Assembly (NCBI GenBank): GCA_000388065.2
Contig: KB932203.1
Source: Fonticula alba ATCC 38817
Lineage: Eukaryota > Protista > Nucleariida
Length of the DNA stretch: 59,210 nucleotides
Strand: one strand, 5' to 3'
Position numbers and translations under genes: made by a program. The notes under the pieces are model-generated. The model saw only the letters and a list, made by a program, of their open reading frames with translations, made no database searches and was not told the DNA's origin. Each line of letters opens with the position of its first letter. The stretch's first letter is position 1. Of the stretch, positions 24,307 to 36,413 are shown one piece after another.

Positions 24307-25715
24307 GGCAAACGAGGGGAAGAGAAAGACAAAGACACGGAGAGGGGGAAGAGAGAGAGAGAGAGGGGGGGGGGGGAGGGGCGGGGAGGGGGAAGGGAGG
24401 ACAAGAGGGAGGGAGGCCGTGAGGAGGGCCCAAGCGAGAGCACCGGCAGGGTGGCCGGCTTTCGATCCGTCCAGGGGGAGGGGGAAGGGCAACCGGTCGC
24501 GGTGGGCGAGAAGCCGAGGGCCAAATCCCACGAAGGACACCCGCCGGGAGGCGCCCAGCACACGGCCAAAGAGTTAAGCCCGCCTCTGCTGGGTATTCCC
24601 CGGACTTGGCACATGCTGCCCGAGAGTCGGTGGCTGTGTTCAATACAGGAGAAAGAAGGCCCGGGTGGCGGGGCCCCACGCATGTGCGTTCCGGCTACCG
24701 GGCCACTGTGCCGGCCCTTGGGGGCGTGTGTGGGGATGTGGGAGCGAACCACGGTTGCAGCAGGGGAGGGGAGACCGCTGGTTGCGGCAACGCGCGGGGC
24801 GCGGGCGATCGTGGAGCATCGACGATGGATAGCTGGGTGCTTCACGGACCCGAGCGCGCGGGCCTTCGCGAGCGAGTGCCCCTCCGCACGCGCGTGTCCG
24901 TGTGACAAGCCACTAAGCAAGCGCGGGGGGCCGGCAACGCGAAGGGGAGCCGCGCGCCCGCGGCTGTGTTCCCCCGCTCCCCGCCCCCCCTCGGACCCCC
25001 AAACCAGGGGATTCACACGTGTGACCCCCTCCTGGGGCCCTCCCCGCCAGGCGGGACGACGAGTCAGAAAGTACACGCGTGGACCCGACCGCTCGGCAGG
25101 CCTGCTGCCTCCTGGACGCCGGCGGGATGCCCTCTCGCCCGAATGTGCTTCCGTCCACCTCGTTTTTCCCTCTCCCCCCGGCCTGCTATCTCGACTCCGG
25201 GCGGAAGCGTCCAGGGTCGTCGGGCCGGGCCCCCGCCACCAGTCCGAGGCACAAGCTAGGCCCCAGAGGGACGCCGCACGGGTGCAAGCGGCGGCCGGCC
25301 GGGGGGGGGGGGGGGGGCCCCAGCGGGGGGGGGGCGGAGTGCGCTTCCGGGGGGGGCGCATGTTGGGGGGCGGCAAAGCCCGAATTCGTGGGCACATGTC
25401 CGCCGCCGATTGGGGCGCTGCGCCGGCAGCTGCTCCGCGCGCCGGCTTTCACACCGGGGGTATGCTGCGCGCGCATGTGTGGTGTGTGTGTGTCTGTGTG
25501 CATGGGCTGCCTGTTGTTGACGGGGGGGACGCCGGCCGGGGGGGGGGGGGGGGGGGGCCCATGCGCGGCGGCGACACCCTGCCAGCAGGTCGGTCCCCAG
25601 TACCGGAGGGCCCGCGTGAAACCGCCCAGGCCCATTTCCCCGCCCTGCTTGAGCCCGGTCCAGCACCATGGCTCTGCCATAGCACCGATCAACAACTGTC
25701 GATCTCTTCGGGCTG

Positions 25716-25738
25716 GCGCGCGCGCGCGCGCGCGCGCG
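25716..25738. repeat. (GC)11 tract
   Basis: Read directly. Confidence 0.9.
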
Positions 25739-27450
25739 AACGCGCGAACGCGCATTCGCCTGGAGCTCCAGGCGCACCGGACCCGGCATTGGCTCCTCGT
25801 GTGCCCGAGGGGGCGCGGGGGAGGGCCGTCGGCCGATCGGCATCCAAAATGGAGCATCCAGGACGTCATGACTTGGATCTCCACTACGAGCACCATCAGA
25901 ACCTGCTACCTGCCCAGGCACCAGGCGAGCGCAGCGGGCGTGGGGACACGCAGCCTCCGCCCTTTGCCTCGTGCCACCCCTCCCCCCCCCCCCCTGCCTG
26001 GCTCGAGGGCCGGGGCCCACTTGGACGGGCGCGCGCTGAGGCGGATGGTGCTCGGGGAGAGTGGACATGCCAACGCATGCGTCTTCGTAGCTGAACTATG
26101 CTCCCCGGCCAGACAGCCCGCCCCGCAGGCGGGGACCGGACGGCGGGGGGGGGGGGGGGGGGGGGCCACTCGGGGCAGGCCTCCGAGGCAACATCACCCC
26201 AGTGGCCTCGCCTGTAGCCCCCCTCCCCCCGCCCGCCCCGCCCCGCCCCGGGGGGACCCCCACCGAGGCCCTGAGCGCATGGGCGCTTAGCGCACATCGC
26301 AGGGAGAGGGACCGCATATCGCAGAGAGGGGGAAGATGGAAGGAGGGAGAGGAACAGGCCTCGGACGCGCGCACAGGTGACGTGTATTGCATTTCTCCCG
26401 AGTCGAGGCCCTTGCCGGGGATCCGCCCGGACGGGGTAGCTCGGCAGAGGGGGCAAAGAAGGACCGGGAGAGAGGGGGCACCATTTCGAACGCCACAGCC
26501 CGAGAACCGGGAAGCACCGCCGCCAGCAGGGCGGTGGAGGGGCCCGGGCGGGGAGGGACATGCCCCTAAGGCCCGGTGCGCTTGCCTGGGCTTCCCCCCC
26601 CCCGTTGGTGGGGGGGGGGGGGGGGCGTGGAATATGAACCGCTGGCCTGTCCCGCGGGGAGCGGATGAGGCTCGCATGCCCGGGGCGGGCGGAGGGGCGT
26701 GTCACCCTCCCTTGGGCCCCCCGACAAACAGAGGCACAAGGGCGGGCTTGAGCGCGGTCCGATCCGCCGCGGCTGCCGGCAACCAGGAACCAAACAAGCG
26801 CGGCGGGTCCCGCGGCAGGAGAAGGACGCAAGCCGAGGCGCGGGGGACTCTTGCTGGCTGGCTGAGACTATGGCTGCGGCGGCGGGGGGGGGGGGGGGGG
26901 CGGGGGGGGGGGGGGGGGGGCCATCCGGGTGTCATGCATGGCTGCAGAGGGGCGCCACCCGGTGCTGTGCCCCCCCACGGACCTATCTCCCGCCTCCTCC
27001 CCGCCACCGGGGCCCCTCACTCCCCGTGCGCTTGGCCTGCGCATGCTTCGCCGGCCAATGCGTATGCTTGCGCAACTTGCTGGCCGCCCGGGACGCGGGG
27101 GTAGAAGGGGGCACCGGAGGCCGGGGCCTCGGCAGGAGGAGAGGGTACCGAGCGGGCAGGCTGACACGGCCAGGGACACCTGCTGCTCGGTGACATACAG
27201 GTCGACATGTTTGCCGGAAAACTCGCCCCATTTCCCAGGGCCCATGCGAAGGGATGCCCGGGCACTCGGGTGGGCCGGCTGGCTCCTTGGCCGGCCTTGA
27301 CCGCGGAGCAGGGCGATCAAGGCGAGTGCGCCGATCGCGCGGATATTATCGCGTCTTGCGTCACTTCCTTGCCGCGGCCGGCTCCGCCGGGGCGCAACAT
27401 GCGAAAAGCAGGCCCGAGGGAGGGGGGCTGAGAAAGGGTGCATGGGTGGG

Positions 27451-27481
<31 letters not shown>

Positions 27482-28428
27482 CTGTGAGCGGCACAGGGCG
27501 AGACAGGGGCAGAGCGAGCGAAAGGGAAGCAGGCTCAGGGCCGGCACATCCACATGGAATTGCGGCCACACGACTTCTATCAGGGGTCTGCCCTCTCGCC
27601 TGCCGGTCGGTTTTCCCGGGGCTGGGCCCAGGCCTCCATGCTCTGCCTGAAGGGGGGGGCCGACGGCGCGCGGCAGAGGGAGCGGCGAAAAGAAATGACG
27701 CATCCGATCCGGTGGTAACACGTTCTCAGCGATCTGCGGGTCCTTCATGGTCGGATCGCGCCCCGGGCTCTTGGGAAGGCTGGGCGGGAACCACATGCGC
27801 CCTTTCGACGGGAGGGCAGATCCCCCCCAGGCCCCCCCCCCCCCCCCCGGGGAGGGCGGGAATACCTTTTTACACGCAGGTTCGCGGGCCCTCAGCTCCG
27901 TGAGCAAGAGTGCCGCTCCGGCGGCCGCCCCGGCTCTTCGCCGCCCGGTCCGCCCCCCCCCCTCCCCCCCGGGTGGTACTTCGTCCTGCCCGGGGTCCAA
28001 CCCATTCAGCCGCCACGGTTTAAATCCCACCGAGCTGGAAGGCATCAGCCTCCGACCTTTCCGGCATCCCCCTCCAAAACACACGCGCCCCTCCCTCCTG
28101 CCCTCCCCCCCCCCCGCCCGCTCGCTTCTCCCGCCCCTCCCTCCCAAACACTCCCTCAGTACGCTCGAACCGCGCCTGCCCCTCGGCATTGATCTTTCTC
28201 CTGCTCCTTCTCCTCCTCCCCCTCGTGCTCACCCCCCCCTCTCTCTGTCTCTCTCTCTTTCGCACACACCTTCCACCAGTGAGCGCGCTGGCTTGTCAGA
28301 TCGACAGCCGACCTCGCCCATCCTCGTCCGCCACTCCGAGCAACTCCTCCGAGGATGACTGTGGCTGTCCACGGGGCGAGCCCGGCCGACCGGCCGTCCC
28401 TCGACCCGAGACCGATCCCCTGGATGTG

Positions 28429-29800
28429 ATGTACGTCCGGCGCTCCTCACGCCTGGGCCCCTGCAAATGCCCCGGCCACCCCTCACCTCCTCCCCATCTC
28501 CCGCCCCTCCCTCCGACCATGCTCTCGCTCCCTTCCAGCATGGAGTCCATGGCCTCCTCGTGCAAGGACATCGCCGAGCATGTCAGCATCGAATGGCTGC
28601 ACACCGGGACATGGCTCAAGTCCGGCCTGGTGCACTGGCGCGTCCACGGCGAGCCCAACACCTGGGAAATGATCGCCCGGACGACTCGCATCCGGCCCGA
28701 TGATGTGGGCTTCGACAACGACGCTCCCGCCTGCCCGGCGCCCTCGGCCGCCAGCCCGTCCGTCGATGCGGTGGACATCCTCGGTTCGTGTATACCCGCC
28801 TCTCGGCCAGCCCGCCTCCCCTGGCCCGCCGGTCGCCCCCTTTTTTTTTCCCCCCCTCCCCCACGGCTGGCTAACCGATCTGCCTGCCCTTCACTCTCGG
28901 CCCTGGAACATCCTTCTCCGGACGAACCCCCTCCCCTCGGGCCCCATCCGCCCTGCCCGCAGCGCTGGTGAAGGACTCCACCGCCGATACCACGGCCAAG
29001 TGCCCGGGGATCGTGGTGGAGCTGATTTACCGGCCCCCGACTGCTCGGTGGTGTCTGGAACTGCCCTCCGGCCTGGTGGATCCCGGTGAGACGCTGCAGA
29101 CGACAGCCCTGCGCGAGCTTGCCGAGGAAACCGGCTGGCATGGCGATCCGACCTCGGCTCGACTTCTGCCAGCCACCTTCCAGTACTCGAGTGGTGTGGC
29201 CGATGAAACCGGACGCATGGTCATCTTGGATGCCTACTCAGGTGCGTGCCTGTGTCCCGATGGCCTCCCTGCGGCGCGTCCGGCACACCCGCCATCACGC
29301 GTGCCTGTGTATGGCCCGGCGCTGCATGTGCCTGCCCTGGCGCTTGAGGGCCCGGTCCTCGTGTCTCTAACATCCAGCCTCTCCTTGCCCCTCCCCCCCC
29401 CCCTCCCCCTCCGCCGGTAGATGATCCTCGGAATCAGGTTCTCCGGCCAAATCTCGAACCCAACGAACTCATCTTTTCCATCACCTTCCCTCTGCATGGA
29501 CTACAGTCGCGCCTGGAGCGATATGCCCGAATGTACGACTTCCACCTCGATCCGCGGCTCTATTCGCTGTCGGTGGGCCTCAGCCTGGCAGCAATGTATC
29601 CCCACTGCACCGGGCTACTGGGCGCCGGTGGCAGCTCCCCGGCCGTGGTGTGCCCTCTCGACGCCTCGACAGCGGCCGCCTCCAGCGAGGAGGATGACAG
29701 CATGGCTGCCCCTTGCCGGGTGTCCTGGCCACCGGCGCCCACCAGCCGGCAATCCTCCTCCAGGTGTGCCACCGCTGAATGTTCCTCCCCCTCAAGATGA
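28429..29800 (+). CDS. NUDT5: Nudix hydrolase, ADP-ribose pyrophosphatase type (NUDT5/Ysa1-like)
   Basis: Perfect Nudix box GLVDPGETLQTTALRELAEETG preceded by YRPP..CLELPSG; WEMIARTTR and the final exon DDPRNQVLRPNLEPNELI..HLDPRLYSLSVGL align with NUDT5. Introns 28784-28962 and ~29242-29420. The 5' end is uncertain; an extra exon ~28300-28430 is likely. Confidence 0.88.
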
Positions 29801-30850
29801 AGGGGCGCACACACACACACACCCTCCTCTCAGACCTTCCGCGCGCCCCTCCCCCTCCCTCCTGTGCCGTCTCTCATCGCGCACGTTGGTGTGGCGCATT
29901 CAATGTACACAAATCCAGAAAACAACGCTCGTCGGCATGCTCCCCCCACCACACCCACAGGGCCAGACGCGCCCCCTCCTCCTGCATGCTCTTTTTCGCC
30001 CTGTTAAGGGGGGGGGAGGGGGCGCGCACGCACACGGTCCCCCCCCCTCTCGCAATCGCCGGACCCTCACACCTCGTGGCGGCCGGGGGGGCAGAAAAAG
30101 GAAAGGGATGAGGTGACCAAGGGACAGAGAAGGAACAGCACAAGAAGGGATACTATTTTGGGGATTTTTATTTGGGTGGTTGTTTCTTTTTTTTTATCTT
30201 CCATCCCCCGCACCTGGGCGGACCACACACACTCCCCTGCCCCTCTCACCGCACGCCATGTGGGCGCGCGGCGCTGGGGGAAGGAGAGGGAGGCGTTTTG
30301 GTTTATCTTTTTTTTTGCTTTTTTTGTTTCCAACTGCCGTAAAGGTCAGGAGAGAGAGGAGCAGAGGGTGACACACTGGCTCGGAGAGCAATAGCCCGCT
30401 CCTCTGATGAGCCCCGGAGAAGGAAGCACGGAAAGCCCCCCCAGGGCATGCGCACACGCGCACACCAAGGAGAAACCTGCCGAGTGCGCCCCAGACCGAG
30501 GTCCACCAGGAGAAGGAGGCAAGTCAGAATGCCACCAGAGAGAGAAAAAGATGCCAAGGTGCGCGTCACACAGCCCATGAATGGGGGAATGCCTAAGAAA
30601 GAGAGGGGAGAAGGAGTAAGTAAAGGAAGAGGAGGGGAAGACGGGGGAGTTGCAGAAGAAGAGGAGGGGAGAATGTGGCAGACCCATCCTTAAGGTGATA
30701 CCCATTGGAAGGATACACCGAAGACAAGGAATGCATTGATCTCGGAGCTACTAGCACTCATAAACCACTGAAGAGGCCAACAAGTGACTCTGTAGGTCCT
30801 GCATGGGGAGGAGAGAAGGGATACACGCGAGTGTGTGCGAACATCGGAGG

Positions 30851-30958
30851 GGGAGGAGGAAGGGAGCAGGGGGAGGAGGAAGGGAGCAGGGGGAGGAGGA
30901 AGGGAGCAGGGGGAGGAGGAAGGGAGCAGGGGGAGGAGGAAGGGAGCAGGGGGAGGAG
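30851..30958. repeat. 20-bp polypurine minisatellite (GGGAGGAGGAAGGGAGCAGG) x5.4
   Basis: Five perfect copies plus a partial sixth, read directly. Confidence 0.95.
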
Positions 30959-31144
30959 AAAGGAGGATAGGGAGGAAGAGGAGGAGGCGCGTACCATGCA
31001 ACCGAGGGCCGGGAACGCGCGCATGCGCCCAAGCCCAACAGCAGGCCTCTCCCCTTGGGAAGGGAGAAACAGCTGAAGCACTCGACGCGCATACACACGG
31101 CCCGATGAGGGGGATTGTCAACCATCCGGCCAGCCACGTCCCCC

Positions 31145-31152
31145 CTTTTATA
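31145..31152 (-). promoter_or_regulatory. Candidate TATA box (TATAAAAG)
   Basis: Canonical TATAAAAG in GC-rich flanks, upstream of a canonical minus-strand intron at 30994-30799. Confidence 0.35.
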
Positions 31153-32293
31153 GTCTCCACACAGGGCCCCGCACGGCCCGCAACTTTCCGCGCCCATCCT
31201 CGCCACCGACTGGGCCAACCACCATAGACTGGCATGTCCAGGCACATGGTCCCCCCCCCCCCCCCCCCCCCGGCGCCCCACGGGAACCGGTGAGATTGTG
31301 GACCGGGGGGGAAGATAACCAGCCTCCAGAGGGACCGCCCTGATCCCGACCCCCGGCCCCGATTCCGATGTCAAGTACACTCGCACACCCAGCATGGGCC
31401 GCCCCACGGCCGCCCCACGGCCGGCACCGGAAGTTCAACACCCCGCCCTGGCACGAGGGTCCGACAGATTGTCCACCCACCCTGCCCTCCGGGGCTTGCG
31501 GTCCCCTCTATAACCAGCCCTCCTCACCCTGGTGGGCAGCCCGCGACAACCAGGCGGCGGGAGCGCCAGAGCCAGAATATTTAAGGTCTCGTTCTCCTTT
31601 AGGTATTGGTAATGGCATTCCCTTTCACGACGGTTTGATACATCAGATCTCGCTCTTCTCGTGTTGCATCTGACTTTCGAGATTCAGGCTGGTGCGTGGG
31701 TGGGGACCTCACCAAGCCGGAGCGCAGCGGACCCGATGTCCCCCTCCCGGCCCCGGGCGCATGAACCCTAAAAGGCTGGGAGGAGCGAATGCGGGCTGTG
31801 CGGTAAAGACGGGGAAGATACACTTGCGAAAGCGGCGTCTTTGGCCACTCCACTTTTCTGGACAGACTGAACTGACAAGGTCGCCCCGGGCGGGGAGGGT
31901 CTTGGTCGGGGGGGGGGGGAGGGGGTCGGGCGCACGCCACAATCCGATGCTGGCCTCCAGTTCGGATCAGAACACCCCTCTCACCACCGCCCCCCGGCTG
32001 TCCTTCCAGGCATCCCACGACCACGGGTCTCTGGCTCTCATTCGGCCGAGCCCACGACCCGGCAGATGTGGCTTGGTCGGGGAATACCACGGATAGTCCT
32101 GTGGTCCCCCCCCCCACCACTCCTCTTGACGCGAGACACTACCCGATGAAAAAGCGCTCACCTGGCACGGCCTGGCCTCGCCGACGCTCGCCATCCGCCT
32201 CCGAACTTCCGTGAAACTCCTTTGCTCCCCTCTTTGTTGTATGCCCCTGCCCCCTTTCATCCGCGCTGCCTCCCTCCCCCTCCCTCGCTCTTT

Positions 32294-32341
<48 letters not shown>

Positions 32342-32747
32342 CCCGTCCTTCCTCCCTCCTTCTTCTTTTTTGGCCTATCGTTATCCGCAGTAGCGCCCAT
32401 GTGCATATGCACCCTGCGCCGGCTGTCCACGGAGCCCGGGTGTTTCGCTGCTGCTCTCGCCTCTTGCGCTGCGGGCAACGCCGGCACCGCCTTCGCCAGC
32501 GCGCGCCGCTCCCAGCCCCCCCTCCCCCCGCCCTCCGCGAGAGAGCGAGACACACACGCCTTGTCGCCGACACCGGGCGCCTCTCCCCACATTCGGGCAC
32601 ACGCCTGCCGGCCATTTCCTGACACCCTCGTCCTCTCCCTGCTTCCCTCCTCCTCCTCCTCCTCCTCTTCCCCGCTGCTTCTCGCCGCCACCGCCTCCCC
32701 CTCCCTCGCAATCAGTCATTCTCGGGGTTCCGCTCGAACAGCCCAAC

Positions 32748-35336
32748 ATGCTTTCTCTCAGGGGCTCTCTCTCCTCGGGGGCGTGCCTGCAGGCGGTGCG
32801 CCAGGCGACAGCCGTCTCCACCACCGGCAGCGCTACCGCCACTGCCACTGTTCGCTTTTAGTACGCGCGCACACACGCACTATTCCTCCTCATGTTGCCG
32901 CGCTCCATGTTTCCTTTGCCCTCCAATTCACCGGGCCGGGCTCCCGAGCAGACGCCCCTCACTCGCTCACCCGCTTGCCCGCCCTCATCCTCAGCGCCAC
33001 CAAGAAGAAGTACACCCCCTCGCTGCAGTTCGGTGGCCGGCCCCTGGCCATGGCCGATAACACCGTCTCCACGGTCAGCTCCATCGGCGCCACCGTCTTC
33101 AAGGTGGTCGACGGCACCGAAACCAGCCGCTTTGCCGGGCCTCTGAAGCACACCGACCCGGACCATGCCCGCCTGACGGCCGAGGCTGCGGCCAAGGGTG
33201 CCCAGGCGGCCGGCACCGGGCGCACCCGCGCCCAGGTCCGGCGCGCGCTCAGCATCGGCCGTGAGGATTTCGCCCTCCAGCGCCTGCACAGCGAACAGGC
33301 GGCCGGTCTCTTTGAGAACCCGCCAGCTCCCATGAGCCAGCAGACCTCCAACCGCCAGATGGCCGAGCTCAACAACCTGGCCACCCAGCCGCCGGCCGTG
33401 CGCGACCAGGCCAACCCCCCGCCGCGCATTGTTTCCTCCGCCGAGAAGCCCACCTTCTCCAAGATCCGCCGCGCCCAGATCAACCTCTCCGGCTATCACC
33501 ACGAGCTGGTGGACACCTTTGCCGTGTTCATCCGCCAGACGGCCATGATCATGAAGATCCCCGTGTCCGGGCTCATCCGCATGCCCACCCAGCGCAAGCT
33601 CTTCTCCGTCATCCGGAGCCCCTTCAAGTACAATCGCTCGCACGCGCAGTTCGGCATGACCACCCACAAGCGGTACGTTTTGCCCTCCTGCCGCCCGATA
33701 TCGGGGCCCAGCCACCTTTCCTGCTGCCACCGACCAGGGCGGGGCAACGCAAACATGATGGTGTGCCCTGCTGGCGGCGGGACAAGAGTCTGATCTGGCG
33801 GGGCGGGTAGCACTCCTGGTCTTCTCTCTCTCTCTCCCTCTCTCCCTCTCCGGGTTCTGACTTTCCGCCGCGCCCTGCCTCTCACAATGGGACTCCCCCT
33901 CCCGCCATAGCCTCATCCAGGTGCACAACTGCACTGACGAGGTCCTGAACCACTTCCTCCGGTATCTGTACGTCCGCCTGCCGGCCGGTATCGGTATGCG
34001 CATGCGCACCTTCGACTATGAGCCCCTGCCGGCCGAGACCTACAAGCTGTTGAAGGCCCAGCCGACCTTCGTCAAGCCCCTGTCGGCCGATGCCCTGCAG
34101 AAGCTGTCGGCCGAGGTGTATCACCTGCCGCTGGAGCGTCGCCCGGAGGGCTCCGGGCTGGATGCTGACGAGCTGGCCGAGATGATGGCCTCCATGCCGA
34201 GCCCCGCCAGCCGCCGGCCGGACCACTCCCTGCATCGCCTGCATCCCTTCCTCAACAACTACGTCGGCCGGTCCGACCGCATGCACGCCATGGAGCAGCT
34301 GGACGCCGCCCTGGCCGAGACCGAGTACACCCGGGCGGACTTCATTCGCGATCCCGCCCCCGCTCGCCATGACTCGACCCACCGGATGCCCGCGCACCAG
34401 GCTGCCCCCGGAGCCGCCGGGCCCCGTGCCAGCATGAAGCGCACCACCGATGTGACTGGGGCCGCCTCCTCGGTGACCCCGGCCTCGGTCGGCCGCCTGG
34501 CCCCGCTGTCGGTGCATCAGCAGAAGCTGCGCGCCGCCGCGGCGGACGCCCGGCCCGGGCGCACGCGCGCCGGTCTCACCGATGCCCTGGACCGCAGCCA
34601 GCTGACCGAGCCCAATGCCGCGCTGGACTTCCTTCGGAGCAACCCGCCCGACCCCCGGGCCATGGCCGCCGCCGCGGCGGTCCTGCCCCCCACCTTCGCC
34701 CCGGCTGCCCCGGTGCACCACAAGTACACCCTGCCGCGCCTGCCCCCTGGCGCCGGGCCAATCATCGAGCGTGGGAAGGTCCTCGCCGAGATGGAGGTCC
34801 TCCGGACGGACACTCCCCAGCGTGTGAGCCCGGTCCTGCGTCTCCTGACGAAGGATTTCGTCGGGTTCATGGACTTTGTGGATGATGCCCTGAACCTGGA
34901 CCCGGAGGCGGCCAAGACCGTCAGCGGCACCATTGCCCATGTCGATGGGCATATCTATGCCGATACCCCCTTCACGCCGCCCGGGCAGCGGACCAAGTAC
35001 CGCTTCTCCGTGGCCGATTACACCAAGAAGACTGGCCGCGGTCGGGCCAGTGCCGACGGCGCGTCGGACGAGCAGGACGCCCATGCCGCCCTTCTCCAGA
35101 TCACTCTCGCGGCCAGCAGCCAGAAGGACGCCACTCCCCGCACCGAGGAGGACATTCAGCGCGACATGGCCAACATGGCCATCAGCATCGACGATGTGGA
35201 TGCCCTGCTCAGCGGCGGTGGCAAGGCCCTGGCCCAGCGCTCCATCTCGGCCTCCATCAAGGCCGACGCCATGCCCACCTACTCGGATATCCAGCCGAAC
35301 AAGGAGAACCCGCCGCACAGCTTCTACAAGTGGTAA
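32748..35336 (+). CDS. MRPS10: Mitochondrial ribosomal protein uS10m with long N- and C-terminal extensions (~738 aa)
   Basis: Exons 32748-32860, 32995-33672, 33911-35336 join in frame. Presequence-like MLSLRGSLSSGACLQAVRQ..VRFYAT; S10 core QINLSGYHHELVD..MPTQRKLFSVIRSPF..QFGMTTHKR|LIQV. Confidence 0.85.
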
Positions 35337-36308
35337 GTGCGTCTCCTCCTCGTGGCTGGGGCCCTCCCTTCCCCTGTTTCCCCCCCGCCCCCCTCCCTGG
35401 CAGTCGGCTGGCCCCATGCGCGCGCTGTGCATCCTCTCCTCCTGTGCTTTGAGGATGGGCGGAGAAGAAGGGGGGCGGACGGGCGGCGGTGCCCCTTTCT
35501 TATGCGGCTAGCTTCCCCTGTTTCCGGTGTTTCCCCCCCCCCCCTCCGGTGGGCGGAGTGGTGAAACAACGCACGCATGACCTCGCCCCCTTTTTCGGGT
35601 GCCTCGGTGTGCACACCCACCCGCGAGGATGGCACAACCCTCCTTTGTTGCATCTCTTCTCCCCCTCGTCCCCCCTTCTCTTTCCCTTTTTTTTCAAGAA
35701 TAATATATCCGTTAGACTACACCTTTGTGTGTGTGTGTGTGTGTGTGTGGGTTCTCTCAGGCAAGGTGGCACACATTCGGCAGCACAATGTGCTCTGGCT
35801 GCAGTGTATTCCTTTTTCCCTCTTTTCTGCTCCCCTGTGCCACTCAGGCGGGGAAAGCAACACCGATCCCACGGATGGGACATTCGTCTCATGTGATGTC
35901 GAAAGACATACTTATGGGTGTGGGTCACATGGGTGGCGCCGGCCCGAGTGCCGACGAATGGACGCGTTCACTCTTTTGGTCTGCCCCAATCCATCTTGTT
36001 CGGCGATCCGCATCACGCCCGCCAACGAACCCACGCAACAAGCCGGCCTGGAGGGGGGAGGGGGGGCCGGGACGCAAAGTCCAAGATCGCACGATCAACG
36101 ATCTGATGCCCCGGGCCTGCAGGGGGGATGCCTATCCCCTCTTCGCTCCTCGGGTCCGCTTTCCCATCGGGCGGGGAGGGAGGAGGGGCGACGCGCGTTT
36201 TTAGGCTTGTAGTTGGCCCTCCTTTCGGGCCGGGCCGAAGCGCCACAGAAGACTTGTGCACCCTTTCGCGTTCTCGTGCTCCCTTTCCTCCCCCCCTTGC
36301 CGCATACC

Positions 36309-36336
36309 CACGCACACACGCACGCACACACGCACG

Positions 36337-36400
<64 letters not shown>
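36309..36400. repeat. (CA)n/(CACG)n microsatellite directly upstream of the RECQ1 ATG
   Basis: About 90 nt of alternating purine-pyrimidine sequence, ending just before CATCCAG. Confidence 0.95.
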
Positions 36401-36401
<1 letters not shown>

Positions 36402-36413
36402 CCAGGCAGCCCC

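Noticed and set aside
25845-25925. KWSIQDVMTWI resembles the start of a SAM domain
   Set aside because: The following residues lack the SAM pattern (L..Y...F....IDG..LL), and no exon structure supports it.
23695-26094. 799-aa plus-strand ORF and other long Arg/Gly/Pro-rich ORFs in the track
   Set aside because: These are antisense or alternative-frame shadows of real genes and stop-poor GC-rich DNA; they run through microsatellites.
30398-30515. Hammerhead-ribozyme-like words: CTGATGA (30404-30410), then GAAACCT...AGGTC
   Set aside because: Stem II lacks the G-C closing pair and stem I needs a 4-nt bulge at the cleavage site; the core geometry is not met.
30851-30958. Tandem repeat considered as a CRISPR-like array
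   Set aside because: Units are contiguous with no spacers, and the context is eukaryotic; it is a simple minisatellite.
35955-36212. ORF MDAFTLLVCPNPSCS upstream of RECQ1
   Set aside because: A single CxxxC with no further metal ligands or recognisable domain, and no splice path into RECQ1 could be established.
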